64,000 nucleotides of DNA from Octopus vulgaris (Eukaryota), in NCBI GenBank assembly GCA_951406725.2, contig OX597833.1:24800001-24864000 (forward strand), read 5' to 3'. Below, in pieces: positions 35,070-48,453 of the stretch (its first letter is position 1; each line of letters starts with the position of its first letter). The translations under genes and the position numbers were made by a program. Below the pieces are notes generated by a model. It made no database searches. It saw only the letters and a list, made by a program, of their open reading frames with translations, and was not told the DNA's origin.

Positions 35070-35556
35070 CTTCTTTCAATCAGGATTCACACCATTAGCC
35101 ACAAAGAATAATTTCTAATTCGAGTCTACTCTAACCTACTAAGAATGCGTGTGGCAACTTGAAGATCCACCCACCACACGCGATAGACTGGCGATTGCAC
35201 GGGTGCGAAAGCTACGTTGTTATCTTCATTCCGTAAACGATGGCTTTTAAGGAGCTGAGAGCTGAACCATCCTGGGGTACATAGGATTCGCAATCTAGAC
35301 TAGGGTCTGAAGGTTTACCACATCATAGTGGGTTACACCATGGTTCCTCTGCTTTGTGGCAGAAGTAGGAAGAAAGAGTGAGAGAAAGTTGTGGTGAAGG
35401 AGTGCAGCGGGATTCACCCCCACCCCCGCCGGAGTCTCGTGGAGCTAAACTGTTTTTGCTCAATAAACACTTACACTGCCCGGTCTGGGAATTGAAACCG
35501 CATTCATACGTTCAGCGAGTCCGCTGCCCTAACCACTGGGCCATTGAGCCTCCACA
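35070..35556 (-). mobile_element. tRNA-headed SINE related to family C with a longer tail ending in (AAG)n
   Basis: The minus strand begins GGAGGCTCAATGGCCCAGTGGTTAGGGCAGCGGACTCGC...CAGACCGGGC, matching the 31866 head. The extent of the tail is inferred. Confidence 0.6.
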
Positions 35557-35591
35557 GTAGCTTTTGTCTCACGCTGCAGGAAAAATCAGTG

Positions 35592-35697
<106 letters not shown>

Positions 35698-35742
35698 CCT
35701 CTTTGTCAGCCTGCCTGCCTGCCTGTCTGTCTGCCTACCTAC

Positions 35743-35814
<72 letters not shown>

Positions 35815-35869
35815 TTACCAATCTATCTACCTATCTATCTATCACTCTGTCTGTCTCTCTCTACATGTA

Positions 35870-35900
<31 letters not shown>

Positions 35901-35970
35901 TCATACATATTTTTACATAGTTAATTATATATGTGTGTGTGTATATATATATATACACACACACACACAC

Positions 35971-36189
35971 AGAAGTGTGTGCTGAAAAATTCCTGGCTTT
36001 AAATGTATCGTGAAAGATCTGGTTGGAGCCCAAACATTCCAAGTTGTTTTACAGGGCTTAGAAAACTAGCATTACCGCTGCAATAAGTGTGTGAATCTGA
36101 CAGGGGAAAACGTTGAATAAAATCATTATTAACTGATCCTCCTGGGTTTTCTTTTACCCAAAGCCATGAACGTTACAGCACCATTCATA
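35971..36189. mobile_element. Mariner-derived MITE
   Basis: Imperfect TIRs GTGCTGAAAAATTCCTGGCTTT / AAAGCCATGAACGTTACAGCAC in a TA/CA microsatellite context. Confidence 0.65.
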
Positions 36190-36318
36190 TATACATATAT
36201 ATATATATACATATATAGTTAATCCAAAACATGAAAACACAAAGAGAAAACACAACAACGCGAGGATGTGGAACAAATATAGTATTATTGGACGCTCAGG
36301 AAAGAAGGAAAGAAGGAG

Positions 36319-36354
36319 GGTTTAACGTTTCGAGCGGAGCTCTTCGTCAGAAAC
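36319..36354 (-). ncRNA. Minimal hammerhead ribozyme candidate within a short Penelope-like repeat (about 36220-36420); degenerate relative at about 41435-41470
   Basis: Minus strand GTTT-CTGACGA-AGAGC(tcc)GCTC-GAAACGTTA-AAC has an intact CUGANGA/GAAA core and a palindromic ACGT stem III, as in Penelope pLTR hammerheads. Confidence 0.6.
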
Positions 36355-36423
36355 ATAGGAAAAGGAAAGATCCAAAGAAGGGAAGACGGAAGAAAAAAAA
36401 ATCGCCAACTGTACACACGCGGT

Positions 36424-36507
<84 letters not shown>

Positions 36508-36823
36508 ATAAATGACAGAGAAATAGTTTGATGAACATTTATTTAACAATAGCAAAATTAAAATATAATGAAAAATTGTTTCATAACTTAAAACATGGGA
36601 ATAATTTATATTATCATATTTGATAATAAAGAAATTACTTACGTGCCTACATTAATGAAAAACGCAAAAGATCTTTCTGAATTATGCTCAGCTTAAGCTA
36701 CGTCCTCATATACTCATTATTTTCTCTTGGATCGTTCTAATTATGCCATATGTTTTGTAGAAAGATACATTAAGAAGTTTTTTTATGATTACTGACACAT
36801 TGCTTGAATCCATATGCTGTGAC

Positions 36824-36880
<57 letters not shown>

Positions 36881-38125
36881 CCTGATGTTGTTCATAATCC
36901 AGAAACGCGAACTCGGCGTTACCCATCGGAAGGTTCATTCACGCTTAGTATTACTAACCTGGGACATACCAGAGAGCTACTCCACTACTCGCCTGGATGA
37001 TTTTATTCCTACACGCACACACACAAACACACATGCACACACACACACACATACAAACACACACACACACACACATACACATACACTCACACACTCACTC
37101 ACACACGCACACATACACACACACACAATTGTCACCAAATATGACTAGGTTGTTAGAACACCTACATTGCTAGAAATAAGAGCTAAAAAGCACTAATGCA
37201 GGATTTAAAGCACACGATTGTATGCATATGTACTGAGAGTGACTGTAATTGCCGATTGAGAATTCCCTATACTAATCGGTCAGTTTCGGCTAATTTCGTA
37301 GTCTCATAAGGGACCACTCGACTTAGCTGATTCGAGATTTAATTCTCTGACAGTATATATGTATTGAACATAAAAGTCAATGGATAAGTGTTCTAACACC
37401 CTAGCTATGTTTGCTATGTTTAGTGACAATAATAGTTTTCTTTTTTGTTAAAACATTGCGCACGGCTGTCTATATTAATTTTTTGCATACAGATTAGCAC
37501 TTCGCTAAATCATACATATTTTGAAACGAAGTAACAATTTATAGAACAGTGAAGGAACCCAAACAAACAAACGAACACACCGATGTTTAAGATGATACAC
37601 ACTATAACAACAGAAACAGTGAAAAATTCCCCAAAGGAGGGTAGTAGTAATCAATTCGATCAACAATCCCAACTGTATAGCAGCTGACCAATCTGTTGGA
37701 TTCAGAATTTATTGAGAAGAGTCACATCTTGAACGGAATAGAACAATGTATTGTACTGCCATCGTTAAATCTGCTGAATGAATGGCCATCCTTAAAATTT
37801 GCATATTACCATCACTCCTTCTTCTATTCCCATTACCTACCCACCCGAGCAAGTACACACAGAAATATCCGCATAGCTAGATTGATCTTCATACTGGCAA
37901 GAAGCGATAATCATTCCTCTGTGATTCATCCACTAATGTAGTATCGCCTGTTGAAATGAATGAATGATGATGATCAAACGGATGCCCAAGGATAATACGG
38001 GTATACTGTATTTATCCAAAGGATACGGACTCTGATGTCAATGTTATGTGATTTGTGAAAACGCGCGTAGCGATGTGTTAAATGTTTATAAATACCATCC
38101 TAGAATTATTATTATTATTATTATT

Positions 38126-38555
38126 GAGTGAGCGAGCAGAGCATGCCATCAAAGTGACACTGGGGTAAAATATACGAAGCCCAGTATACCCATCATGACT
38201 ACCCGTCTGATAAGGGTACACCAGGCACATGCATCACAACCATGTGTGCGCGACATGGTGCTCTCATATCAAGATAAATAGCACATGACCTTGCAGGTGG
38301 AGCCCAGTTAGAATTTTCTTCAGATCGAGTAACCCATCCCGCTCAAAAGGTCCCTGAATAAGGGTTGTTTAAGGACGTTGAACGAAACACCCATGTTTCC
38401 AGAGGTGAATTATTCAAACCCCAAAGAATCCTTCTCAACACATGGCTATGATGCTCCCCCACTACTTCTGCTCGTGATCAGAGATGCACATATCGTCAGC
38501 CACTAAGGGACATGCTCAACTGGTTAAGGTCAAACAACTGACAAGCAAATCTGTG

Positions 38556-38556
<1 letters not shown>
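38126..38556. mobile_element. Non-coding 430-bp interspersed element inserted in (TAA)n
   Basis: Complex sequence bounded on both sides by (ATT)n (38105-38125 and 38557-38606), adjacent to the RLE LINE fragment. Confidence 0.45.
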
Positions 38557-38606
<50 letters not shown>

Positions 38607-39685
38607 TAGTAGTTTTATTTTTATAGCGTGCTTTCACTTCACTACCGAGCGCAGCTCTGTGTGCCTTGGGTATGTGCTGTGATTTGTTGTGATGCTCTGA
38701 TTGTTATTGTTTGGAAATTGTTCTGCGTAGGATGTGTGCAGTGCTTAGTAGTGCAATTTTCTGTATGTTATATGTGTTTGTAAGTCCTGGTGTTTTTGTT
38801 ATGTATTTGTCTGAATATTTTTTAATCATGCCTAATGCACCTACTATGATAGGGATTGTTTCTGTTTTTAGATTCCACATTCTGGTTACCTCTATTTCCA
38901 GGTCTTTGTATTTTGAAAGTTTCTCCATTTCTTTTAGAGACATGTTGTCATCTGCCGGTATTGATACATCAATTAGAAAGCATTTTTTTTCTCTGACAAC
39001 TATATCTGGTCTGTTGGCCTTAATTTCTCTATCTGTGTGTATCGGCATATCCCAGAGTATGGTTGCTTTCTCGTTTACTGTGACCTTTCCTGGTGTGTGC
39101 CTATACCATCTTTTTTCTGTTGTTACTCAATAATATTGGCATAGCTTCCAGTGTATGTAGGTTCCAACTCTGTCATGTCTGTGAATATATTCCTTCTTAG
39201 CCAGGACTGGGCAGCTAGAGATAATATGATTTATTGTTTCTTGTCATATTTCTTTTTATTACATGTTTTTGGTAATTTCTGGTGGGGAGGCTTTGGTCTT
39301 GTGCTGCAATTAAAAATCCCTCTGTCTCTGCTTTGAGTCCTGAGCTTCTCAATCATTGCTGGGATTTTTCTTTGTCTATTTCTTTTGCGTTTAGTTTAGT
39401 CCAGTATTTACCATGAAGGGGCTTTTCTTGCCATCGTCTTATCATGGTTCGTTGCTGTTCTATTTTTAGTTTGGATTTCATTTGTTTTATAGCTTTTGTT
39501 GTTTCTTCTTCTTCTTCTTCTTCTTCTTCTTCTTCTTCTTCTTCTTCTTCTTCTTCTTCTTCTTCTTCTTCTTCTTCTTCTTCTTCTTCTTCTTCTTCTT
39601 CTTCTTCATATTTGTTAGGTGGTATGATTTCTTGTTTGTATTTGTCAGCTTCCTTAAATACTGAGAACAGTTTTTTGTTTTGTTC

Positions 39686-39686
<1 letters not shown>
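38607..39686 (-). mobile_element. 5'-truncated RLE-type non-LTR retrotransposon (Dong/R4-like)
   Basis: Motifs WQEKPLHGKY, GLKAETEGFLIAAQDQSLPT and RPDIVV...LIDVSIP...EKLSKYKDL (restriction-like endonuclease). Both ends abut (TAA)n, the known Dong target. Confidence 0.85.
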
Positions 39687-39729
<43 letters not shown>

Positions 39730-39735
39730 CATTAT

Positions 39736-39778
<43 letters not shown>

Positions 39779-39789
39779 TATGTCAGGTC

Positions 39790-40250
39790 ACTTTCGAGTA
39801 CTACTAGTAACATGTAACCCAGTACAACCTGTTGCACGGTCGGGTCGTCGGTGACTAAACCGGCAACTCCACCAAGCTTGCTTGGTGAGGAGGGTGTTTA
39901 TTCGACACCCTGCGGGATGAAAAACAAAAAAAAAAACCCGTCAAAGGGCGGAGGAACTCTTGAGAGTGAACGGCCATCAAATAAATGTCTTAAGGTTGTA
40001 TCATGCGCGGGGCATAGAAATAATCGGACTGAATACCCAATCACGCGGTTAAACCATTGGGAGTGAAGGACTCCTAGCCTTTGTTAGGGTATCCTTCTAG
40101 GAGAAGGTAACTCAGGTAACTGGGATAACTCCGACATAAATCTGCGGCTCAGTGGTTACCGATGATGTCGATTTGTTCTTCTTTTCGGATTATGGCTGCT
40201 GTCGCTTAGTGAGTGGGATTGACTCAGTGCACAGCCTTTCCTCACTTAAA
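39790..40250 (+). mobile_element. Probable LINE (RTE-like) 5' UTR fragment
   Basis: GC-richer non-coding island containing GGGTATCCTTCTAGGAGAAGGTAACTC, similar to RTE-clade 5' regions as I recall them; no ORF. Confidence 0.35.
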
Positions 40251-40386
40251 AAAAAAATGTTTGCACAGGCATTACACGATAACAATATTGATTAAGCTTC
40301 GTGCAAATATCCATACTCTATAACGAGGGGGCAGCCACCATGTATGTATGTATGTATGTGTGTATGTATGTATGTATGTATACATA

Positions 40387-40444
<58 letters not shown>

Positions 40445-40461
40445 TATGCACATGTATATTT

Positions 40462-40522
<61 letters not shown>

Positions 40523-40861
40523 TGTATGTATGTATGTATATATGTCATATATGTTTTGTGCTGGATGTGTATATATAGCTATATATACTTTTTTCTAAAA
40601 TTCATATGTCATTCAACAAGTTTGTCTATGGACTACGGCAATACAGGGACTCCGCTTTGAAGGTTTTAATCAATCAAATCAACTTCAGTAGTAATTTCAT
40701 TCTGTCGGGCTCTCTTTGCCGAGCTGCTCATGTATTGGGAAGTAAACAAAACAACGCCTAATGGCTGTCAAGCGATGAAAGACAAGGACATACACACATA
40801 AACACACATACAGGTATATATGTGCCTGAGTGTTTTCCTCTGTCACTCCATCTGTTTCCAC

Positions 40862-40905
<44 letters not shown>

Positions 40906-41225
40906 CTTTACTGAAATTGCAATATCATTCAACTTACCAAGCTTCAATATATTGTACTTGATGAACCCGTTTTCTAACTGTCACATAAAATATTCCACTG
41001 CTTCCACAATAACAACAACAACAATAAACGATGTTGATGATGATGATGACGACGACAGCAATACTTATATTAATAATAATGTAATGAAATCTATTCGGTT
41101 TTTATTACCGAGAACAAAGAACAGGAAAGAATTCAAATATTACAAAGACTAACATGAGTAATAGAAAGGGCGTGGTATTCTATGTGTGCGTGTGTTCATG
41201 TATGTATGTATGTATGATTGTACGT

Positions 41226-41315
<90 letters not shown>

Positions 41316-41574
41316 AATTCAAATACGCAAACAATTGAAATAAACGGATAAGAACCGAAAAAAAAGGAGAAAAACAGCGAACGTGAAAACATGCACAAAA
41401 TGTATAATAGCTTGACGCTCAGTGAAAGGAGAGAGTTTCACTTTTCGAGCATAGCTCGTCGTCGGAAAGGAGAAATGGAAAAGTCCGAAGAAGGAGGATG
41501 AGTCCAAATCGCCAACGGGCAACGTGTAGTTACGTTACTGAAGTGACAGGAAGGGAGAGAGAGGGAGAGAGAGG

Positions 41575-41611
<37 letters not shown>

Positions 41612-41877
41612 GAAGTGGGAATGCGTTGGATAGTGATTAGTGTGTTGCAATCACGATCGCGAGACCGTGGGCCGTGTTCGTCAACTCGGTGACAATACTG
41701 ATATCTGACCTCTGACAACATCGTTCTCCGGTACAGAAAAAATCGGTTTGACAGAGGGGCTGAGCTAATATTCAGCACCAACATTTGGTCACTATAATCG
41801 AGCAGATTGTTCAACAAGAAATTGCAGAACCGTCCTCATCGGAATCGAGAGATGCCCAACTGTGTGTGCGTGAGTGT

Positions 41878-41970
<93 letters not shown>

Positions 41971-42027
41971 TGCGTGCGAGTGTGTGTGCGTGAATGTCGA
42001 ATATCGAATGGTGTTCGTCTCCATTTT

Positions 42028-42065
<38 letters not shown>

Positions 42066-42066
42066 G

Positions 42067-43324
42067 TATCAGGTCATTAAGAATGAAATGTCCGATTTTG
42101 GACTGAAAGTTTATTTTACTTTATCTCAGCAAAATGCAATGCAGTTAATCAAAGTATGCCCCTAAATTAACACAATTTGGCCATTTTATTGATAGCTGAT
42201 TTATACTGGGGGCGAAGAATTCTGAGCTAAAGAGTTGTCTAATGCCTGAAAAACACGATAGTCAGTTGGTGCAAGGTCTGGTGAATACGGTGGATAACAG
42301 AGTACTTCCAAGTTCAGTTCTAGCAGCTTGATTTGAGTTCTTTGTGCAGCATGCGGTCGAGCATTGTTTTGCAAGAGAATTGGCTTGCCTCTATTGATCA
42401 ATCTCGGTTGTTTAATTGCAAGTTCACTCATCATTTTATCCAGTCGGTTGATGTATACATCCGCTGAAATTGAGTTACCAGGTCTCATGAAGCTGTTGTG
42501 GATGATACCAGCGCTGGACCACAAAACATACACATTAGCATTTTTAGTGAATATACTTCTTTGGATTGTGTTTTGGCACTTCATCTCTATCCAGCAACCA
42601 TGCAGAACGCTTTGTTGAAAAGAATCCATTTTTCATCACACGTAACGATACTATGCAAATATGATTCGCTTCTATGCTGTGACAGCAAAGTACAACAAGT
42701 TTCAAGACGACGTGTCATTTGATGCTCATGTGGTACCCACTTGCCCAGCTTCAGTTCATGTGGTACCCACTTGTCCAGCTTCGGTTCATGTGGTACCCAC
42801 TTGTCCAGCTTCTTTACCTTGCTGATTTGTATCAGATGGGCCAATACAGTTGGAATCGAAACATCAAAGTTTGCTGCTAACTCACGCGTAGTTTGAGATA
42901 TATCCACTTCCACTACAGTTTCCAGCTCATCATTATCCACCTTGGTCTTAGATCTACCATGGGGCTGATTTTCAAGAGTAAAGTCACCAGACTGGAACTT
43001 CTCCAACCACCGACATACAGTACGCTCATTTGCCACACCTCATTGATGTTTCGAGGTGTGTGGGATGCATTGGTTCAACGTCGGAACTCATAAACAACAC
43101 TCATATTCATAAACAACACGAATTTTTGATCTATCCATAGGTTCACAGAAATTGATTTACAAGAGAAAACTCAAAATATAATCAGACACCTTGAATTGCA
43201 TTTCAAAAATTCATGATGTAACCCTTCAATGTTGTAAAACAAAGAATTGTCAGGATAAAACATTAGAGTTAACAACTGTCAAACTTGGTGCATAAAAAAA
43301 TTTGGACCTTTCATTCTTAATAAC

Positions 43325-43330
<6 letters not shown>
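42067..43330 (-). mobile_element. Full-length mariner element (about 1.26 kb) with inactivated transposase
   Basis: TIRs TATCAGGTCATTAAGAATGAAATGTCC / GGACCTTTCATTCTTAATAACCTGATA. ORF pieces 42587..43036 and 42201..42629 carry WVPHEL, VTCDEKW, QNNARPH (second catalytic D mutated) and YSPDLAPTDY. Confidence 0.93.
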
Positions 43331-43419
<89 letters not shown>

Positions 43420-43591
43420 CAAATAAAATACAAAATGGGACCAGACCGCAAAACATCCGGCAAACTCGGTGATATATAAGGGGACAACAAAGCATCCAGA
43501 TAGACGATACAAAAAACAAGGACGGGTCATGTGTGTGTGTATGTGTGAAAGCAAACATATATATACACATAAGTAGGACAGACACTCACAA

Positions 43592-43623
<32 letters not shown>

Positions 43624-43682
43624 ACGTAGATATAATATATATTTTTATGTATGCATTGTATACGCCAATGTTTATAACTATT

Positions 43683-43721
<39 letters not shown>

Positions 43722-44362
43722 TTATTTATGCATATATATTCGTGATATCATATACTAACATCTATCAGTATAGATATGTATACACAAGCAGACGCACATA
43801 CACACACGCCCCACCACACAAACATACACACACACGCACATATTACATACACACTCTCTCACACACACGCGCACACATACACACGCAGGCACGTACACGC
43901 ACACACGCACGCAGGCACATACACAGAAACTGTATGTACATAGACATTAAAGGAATTGTTAGTCATTTTTACGCAAAATATTAGCAGAGAGTAAACATTA
44001 AACACTGCTTGATAAAAGAAGGGTGATATATACTGAAATAAAATATACGCAGCAAAATGAAATCGTGTATTCTTATAAGTGAGCGTCCTTCCGTGAAAGT
44101 GCTGCACCAAATAATTTGTTTTCCATAGGCAATGAAAGAAAACACCGCCAGGATGTAAATAACATTTGTCTTCTTACATAAAGAAGATTGGAATGAAATC
44201 CGACGTTCTAAATTAGAAAGGAACCCAATTTGATGACGTATTATAACTAATTACTTATATCTGGACATTATGGTGGGAAATGCAGTTATCCATTACATAT
44301 GCAGATATATGTGTATGTGTGTGTATGTGTATGTGTGTGTATGTGTATGTGCGTGTGCAAGT

Positions 44363-44410
<48 letters not shown>

Positions 44411-44631
44411 GAACTTTTTCTCACGTTTAGTTGTTCCATTTATTAGCCAGCAGCCATGCTGGGCTCTGCTTTCAAAATTTTAATCGACCATATCGAAATG
44501 AGTTCTTTTTAAAGTCTAGATCTTATTTTAGGAATTATTATTTTTCGAACTTCTAGAATAAATCACATAAATTAACAATCGTAAACACCGACATGGATGC
44601 ACACAGAAGCACTTCACTCACGCATATATGT

Positions 44632-44685
<54 letters not shown>

Positions 44686-44686
44686 A

Positions 44687-44726
<40 letters not shown>

Positions 44727-45084
44727 TATAGGAGACCAAAAGTGTACATACGTTGCATCAAAAAGGTTAAGATAAATTTACTTGGAAATGGATGCGTGGC
44801 GTTCAATTAAATAATAATGTAAATAATATATATATATATATGCATATATAGGTACAGGATGTCATCAATAGTAAACAACATGAAATACGAAAGCAAATGA
44901 GTTAAATACAATGCAAATAACGAGCGAAAAAAAGGAAAAGTAATATAAAGAATGACCTTCACCAGCTGTCGGCTGTATATCTATTCCCCATTTCGCACTC
45001 TCAACGATAATATGAGTCTCGAAGACAAGGCGATGCTACAGCATGGCCGCAGTCATATGACTAAAACAAGTAAAAGAATATAAG

Positions 45085-45134
<50 letters not shown>

Positions 45135-45257
45135 TAAATTCCTGGGTAGCAAAAAAATTAAGAAAATTTCTTTGCTACCAATGGTATAGCGAGAAGAAAA
45201 ACTAGTCAATAGACTATATATTATTCATATAAAAATTCAGTGTACATTTAAACACAT

Positions 45258-45550
45258 AAGAGATGGCCATAACAGGACATCTGACTCGCTAGAAGGAGTA
45301 GTTAAACTCCAAAACCACTATTAGGGGTAATTTCGAAAGGGAATGAAAAATAAAGCATTTACCCTCTATTTCCTATACCATGGTTTCAAGCTATCTTCAG
45401 TAAATAAAATAATTTACCTTGGCAAAGGTCTCGTCAGTAGGGAAGCCAAGTTTAACATTTATTTTTCATTCCCTTTAGAAATTACACCTAATAGTGGTTT
45501 GGAGTTTAAATACTCCTTCTAGCGGGTCAGATGTCCTGTTATGGCTATCT

Positions 45551-45554
<4 letters not shown>
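45258..45554. repeat. Inverted repeat (about 97-bp arms, about 100-bp spacer) ending at (TA)n
   Basis: TAAGAGATGGCCATAACAGGACATCTGAC... is mirrored by ...GTCAGATGTCCTGTTATGGCTATCTCTTA. Confidence 0.85.
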
Positions 45555-45597
<43 letters not shown>

Positions 45598-45754
45598 TAA
45601 GACGTTTTCTATCGATTCAAGCTAATCATCAGCTTGTGATGTCCAAATACAATCGCTTACATACAAGTCATCTGAAGCAGGTGAATTCTATCGTTCAACA
45701 CTATAAATATCTGAAACCCTTTCTAATTCATGTACCTTCAACAACCTCTTGAGC

Positions 45755-46043
45755 TAACGGTATACATAGACACTTGTAAAATAATTATATGCAAATATGT
45801 GTACAAAAAAATCTCCTTTTAGCGTACAATTATCATATATTAGAAATTTGAGTTTGTTGAGATGTGTTCAGATAAATCTGTTCGTTCAATAAACACTTTT
45901 CATTGTATCATGTCGCATGAATTATTTATTTCGCCATAACAAGAAATGCGATCCTCGCTGGCGCACTCACTTCCACACACGCATGTACAAGCATGAAGTG
46001 CGCACGATTGGAAATACATACCTACATTCATACGCACATATCT

Positions 46044-46115
<72 letters not shown>

Positions 46116-46259
46116 GTGTATGTATGTGAGAGAGAGAGTGAGTTTATATGTGTGTATTAGGTGACACGGGCATACAGTATATGTATATAGAGTATATGTA
46201 GCCATACATAGATATATACATACATACATATATATATCTGTATACATACGTACACACAG

Positions 46260-46330
<71 letters not shown>

Positions 46331-46597
46331 GCATATATAGATATACATTCATACATGAATGTGTGTGTATGCCTGTGTTTATGTGTGGTTGTATCTGCGT
46401 TTGCTCTTATCGCGTTTCTTTTAATAAATCATTTGTCGCGATAGATGAAGAAAAAGTGTTTATTGAACGAACAAATTTATCTCAAGACATTTCAACAAAC
46501 TCAAATTTCTAATATATGCTAATTGTTCGGTTAAACCAAAATTAATTTTGCACAAATTTGCATAAAATTACTGTATAACCGTCAATGTACATCGTTA
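45755..46597. repeat. Degenerate inverted repeat (about 190-bp arms) around a microsatellite core; MITE-like
   Basis: ATATTAGAAATTTGAGTTTGTTGA...GTTCGTTCAATAAACACTTTT versus AAAAGTGTTTATTGAACGAAC...TCAACAAACTCAAATTTCTAATAT. Confidence 0.75.
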
Positions 46598-47082
46598 CGT
46601 ATGTATGTATATATTCACATATGCGCTTACTCACACATATATATTTATATATGCTTATACGCATGTGTATGTTTTTATATACGTGTGTAGATTTTTGAGC
46701 GCACGCGTATATGTGTACGTGTGTGCGTATATATGCAGTACTTTGAAAAGGTCAATCTTCCAATAAAAACGCACAAGCCGTTTGTACTTCACTCTTCTTA
46801 CATAATTTATTAATTAATCGCAAAAAATACAATTGAACTGCGAAATACCTCCCAACGTTCAGTAGTATCTATTTCAACAGACATAAGCAAATGTACATAA
46901 GTATTCTTCTGTTTCAACTTTAATGCTTCCTGTTATTACACGTAGAATAATTTTGCTTACTAATTGTAGGGTAAAGATCTACCGATGCTCAGTTGTAAGA
47001 ACCTTGGTAGCAAGGTTATGAAGGAAAGTATCTTGGTTTAACCATTATCCTTTAAATCTTCAGAAAGTTTTGCAATATGTTT

Positions 47083-47237
47083 TGTGGCTGCGTGGTAAGT
47101 AGCTTGCTTACGAACCACATGGTTCCGGGTTCAGCCCCACTGCGTGGCGCCTTGGGCGAGTGTTTTCTACTATAGCCTCGGGCCGACCAAAGCCTTGTGA
47201 GTGGATTTGGTAGACGGAAACTGAAAGAAGCCCGTCG

Positions 47238-47270
<33 letters not shown>

Positions 47271-47500
47271 AAATGCTTGTGTTTCTATGTTTGTCTGTTT
47301 GTCCCCCCAACATCACTTGACAACCGATGCTGGTGTGTTTACGTTCCTGTAACTTAGAGGTTCGGCGAAAGAGACCGATAGAATAAGTACTAGGCTTACA
47401 AAGAATAAGTCCTGAGGTCGATTTGCTCGACTAAAAGCGGTACTCCAGTATGGCCACAGTCAAATGACTGAAACAAGTAAAAGAGTAAAAGAGCAAAAGA
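47083..47500 (+). mobile_element. tRNA-derived SINE family A, near full length; further fragments at about 40640-40790, 50384-50495, 53270-53450, 54455-54605, 54640-54870 and 57565-57945
   Basis: Head TGGCTGCGTGGTAAG...GGTTCAGCCCC, an internal (TA)n/(TG)n, and tail ATGACTGAAACAAGTAAAAGAG repeated elsewhere in the window. Confidence 0.8.
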
Positions 47501-47534
47501 GATATCGTGGTCATTTGTAGTATATGAATTAATG

Positions 47535-47755
47535 ATTTGCGTTCTCTTCCCAAGATTCAAAGTTCAGCCATGCTTTGCTCCAAACGGGTTGGTATGTATC
47601 CTGGTGCTCCAATAATAATATGTATGAAGCTGAAAGTGTATCTTGGGTACTGGATTTGCAAATTCCTTATCGATGGCCCATATATGTTGTGTTTCTTTTG
47701 GATTTTTGTAAGGACATTGTTGTCCAGAGGGCAGCTTATTTCCACAATAGAACAT
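47535..47755 (-). pseudogene. RLE endonuclease fragment of a second non-LTR family
   Basis: EISCPLDNNV..K..K...YGP...L...YP.Y.F...IIIGAPGY resembles the RLE C-terminus seen at 38704-39048. Confidence 0.6.
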
Positions 47756-48036
47756 ATGTGTGTGTATGTATGTATGTATGTATGTATGTATGTATGTATG
47801 TATTTGATGAACTTACATTGGAGTTTTTAACACCTCTCTCCTAAAGCGAGAATATTTCTTCATGGCAGTCTCTTTTAATTTAACATTTTGAATAAATTGG
47901 TGAGCTCCCTTTTAACATTCTGTAACTATCAGAACTAGGACGCAACTAGTACTTAATTTATCGATCTCGAAAGGATGAAAGGCAAAGTCGACCTCGGCGG
48001 AATTTGAACTCAGAACATAATGACAGACGAAATACC

Positions 48037-48267
48037 TATTTCTTTACTACCCACAAGGGGCTAAACACAGAGAGGACAAACAAGGACAGACAGACGGATT
48101 AAGCCGATTATATCGATTCCAATGCGTAACTGGTACTTATTTAATCGACCCCGAAAGGATGAAAGGCAAAGTTCACCTCGGCGGAATTTGAACTCAGAAC
48201 GTAGCGGCAACAAAATGCCGCTAAGCATTTCGCCCGGCGTGCTAACGATTCTGCCAGCTCGCCGCCT
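48037..48267 (-). mobile_element. tRNA-derived SINE family B with Tx1-like 3' tail, joined head-to-tail to a 5'-clipped family B copy (47944-48036)
   Basis: Head GGCGGCGAGCTGGCAGAATCGTTAGC...GAGTTCAAATTCC (A and B boxes), core GCCTTTCATCCTTTCGGGGTCGAT, tail TGTGTTTAGCCCCTTGTGGGTAGTAAAGAAATA. Confidence 0.85.
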
Positions 48268-48453
48268 TACAACTATTAGATATTAAAAAGAAGAATCGTG
48301 CATCATAATTGCAGATTATGATCTCTGCAAAGTGTAATCACGTTCCAAGTATACCAAAGATTCATAATTCTATGACTTTATAATCCTGAACTTCATCGTA
48401 TTTTCCTATGGCTACTGCAAAGTCAGCTTAATAATTCATTATACAAATGCAAC

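Noticed and set aside
37620-37945. Possible CR1-like 3' remnant or exon (ORF 37696..37941)
   Set aside because: No convincing motif; too degenerate to assign.
41640-41860. GC-richer unique stretch as a possible exon or promoter
   Set aside because: No recognisable protein motif and no supported splice pair.
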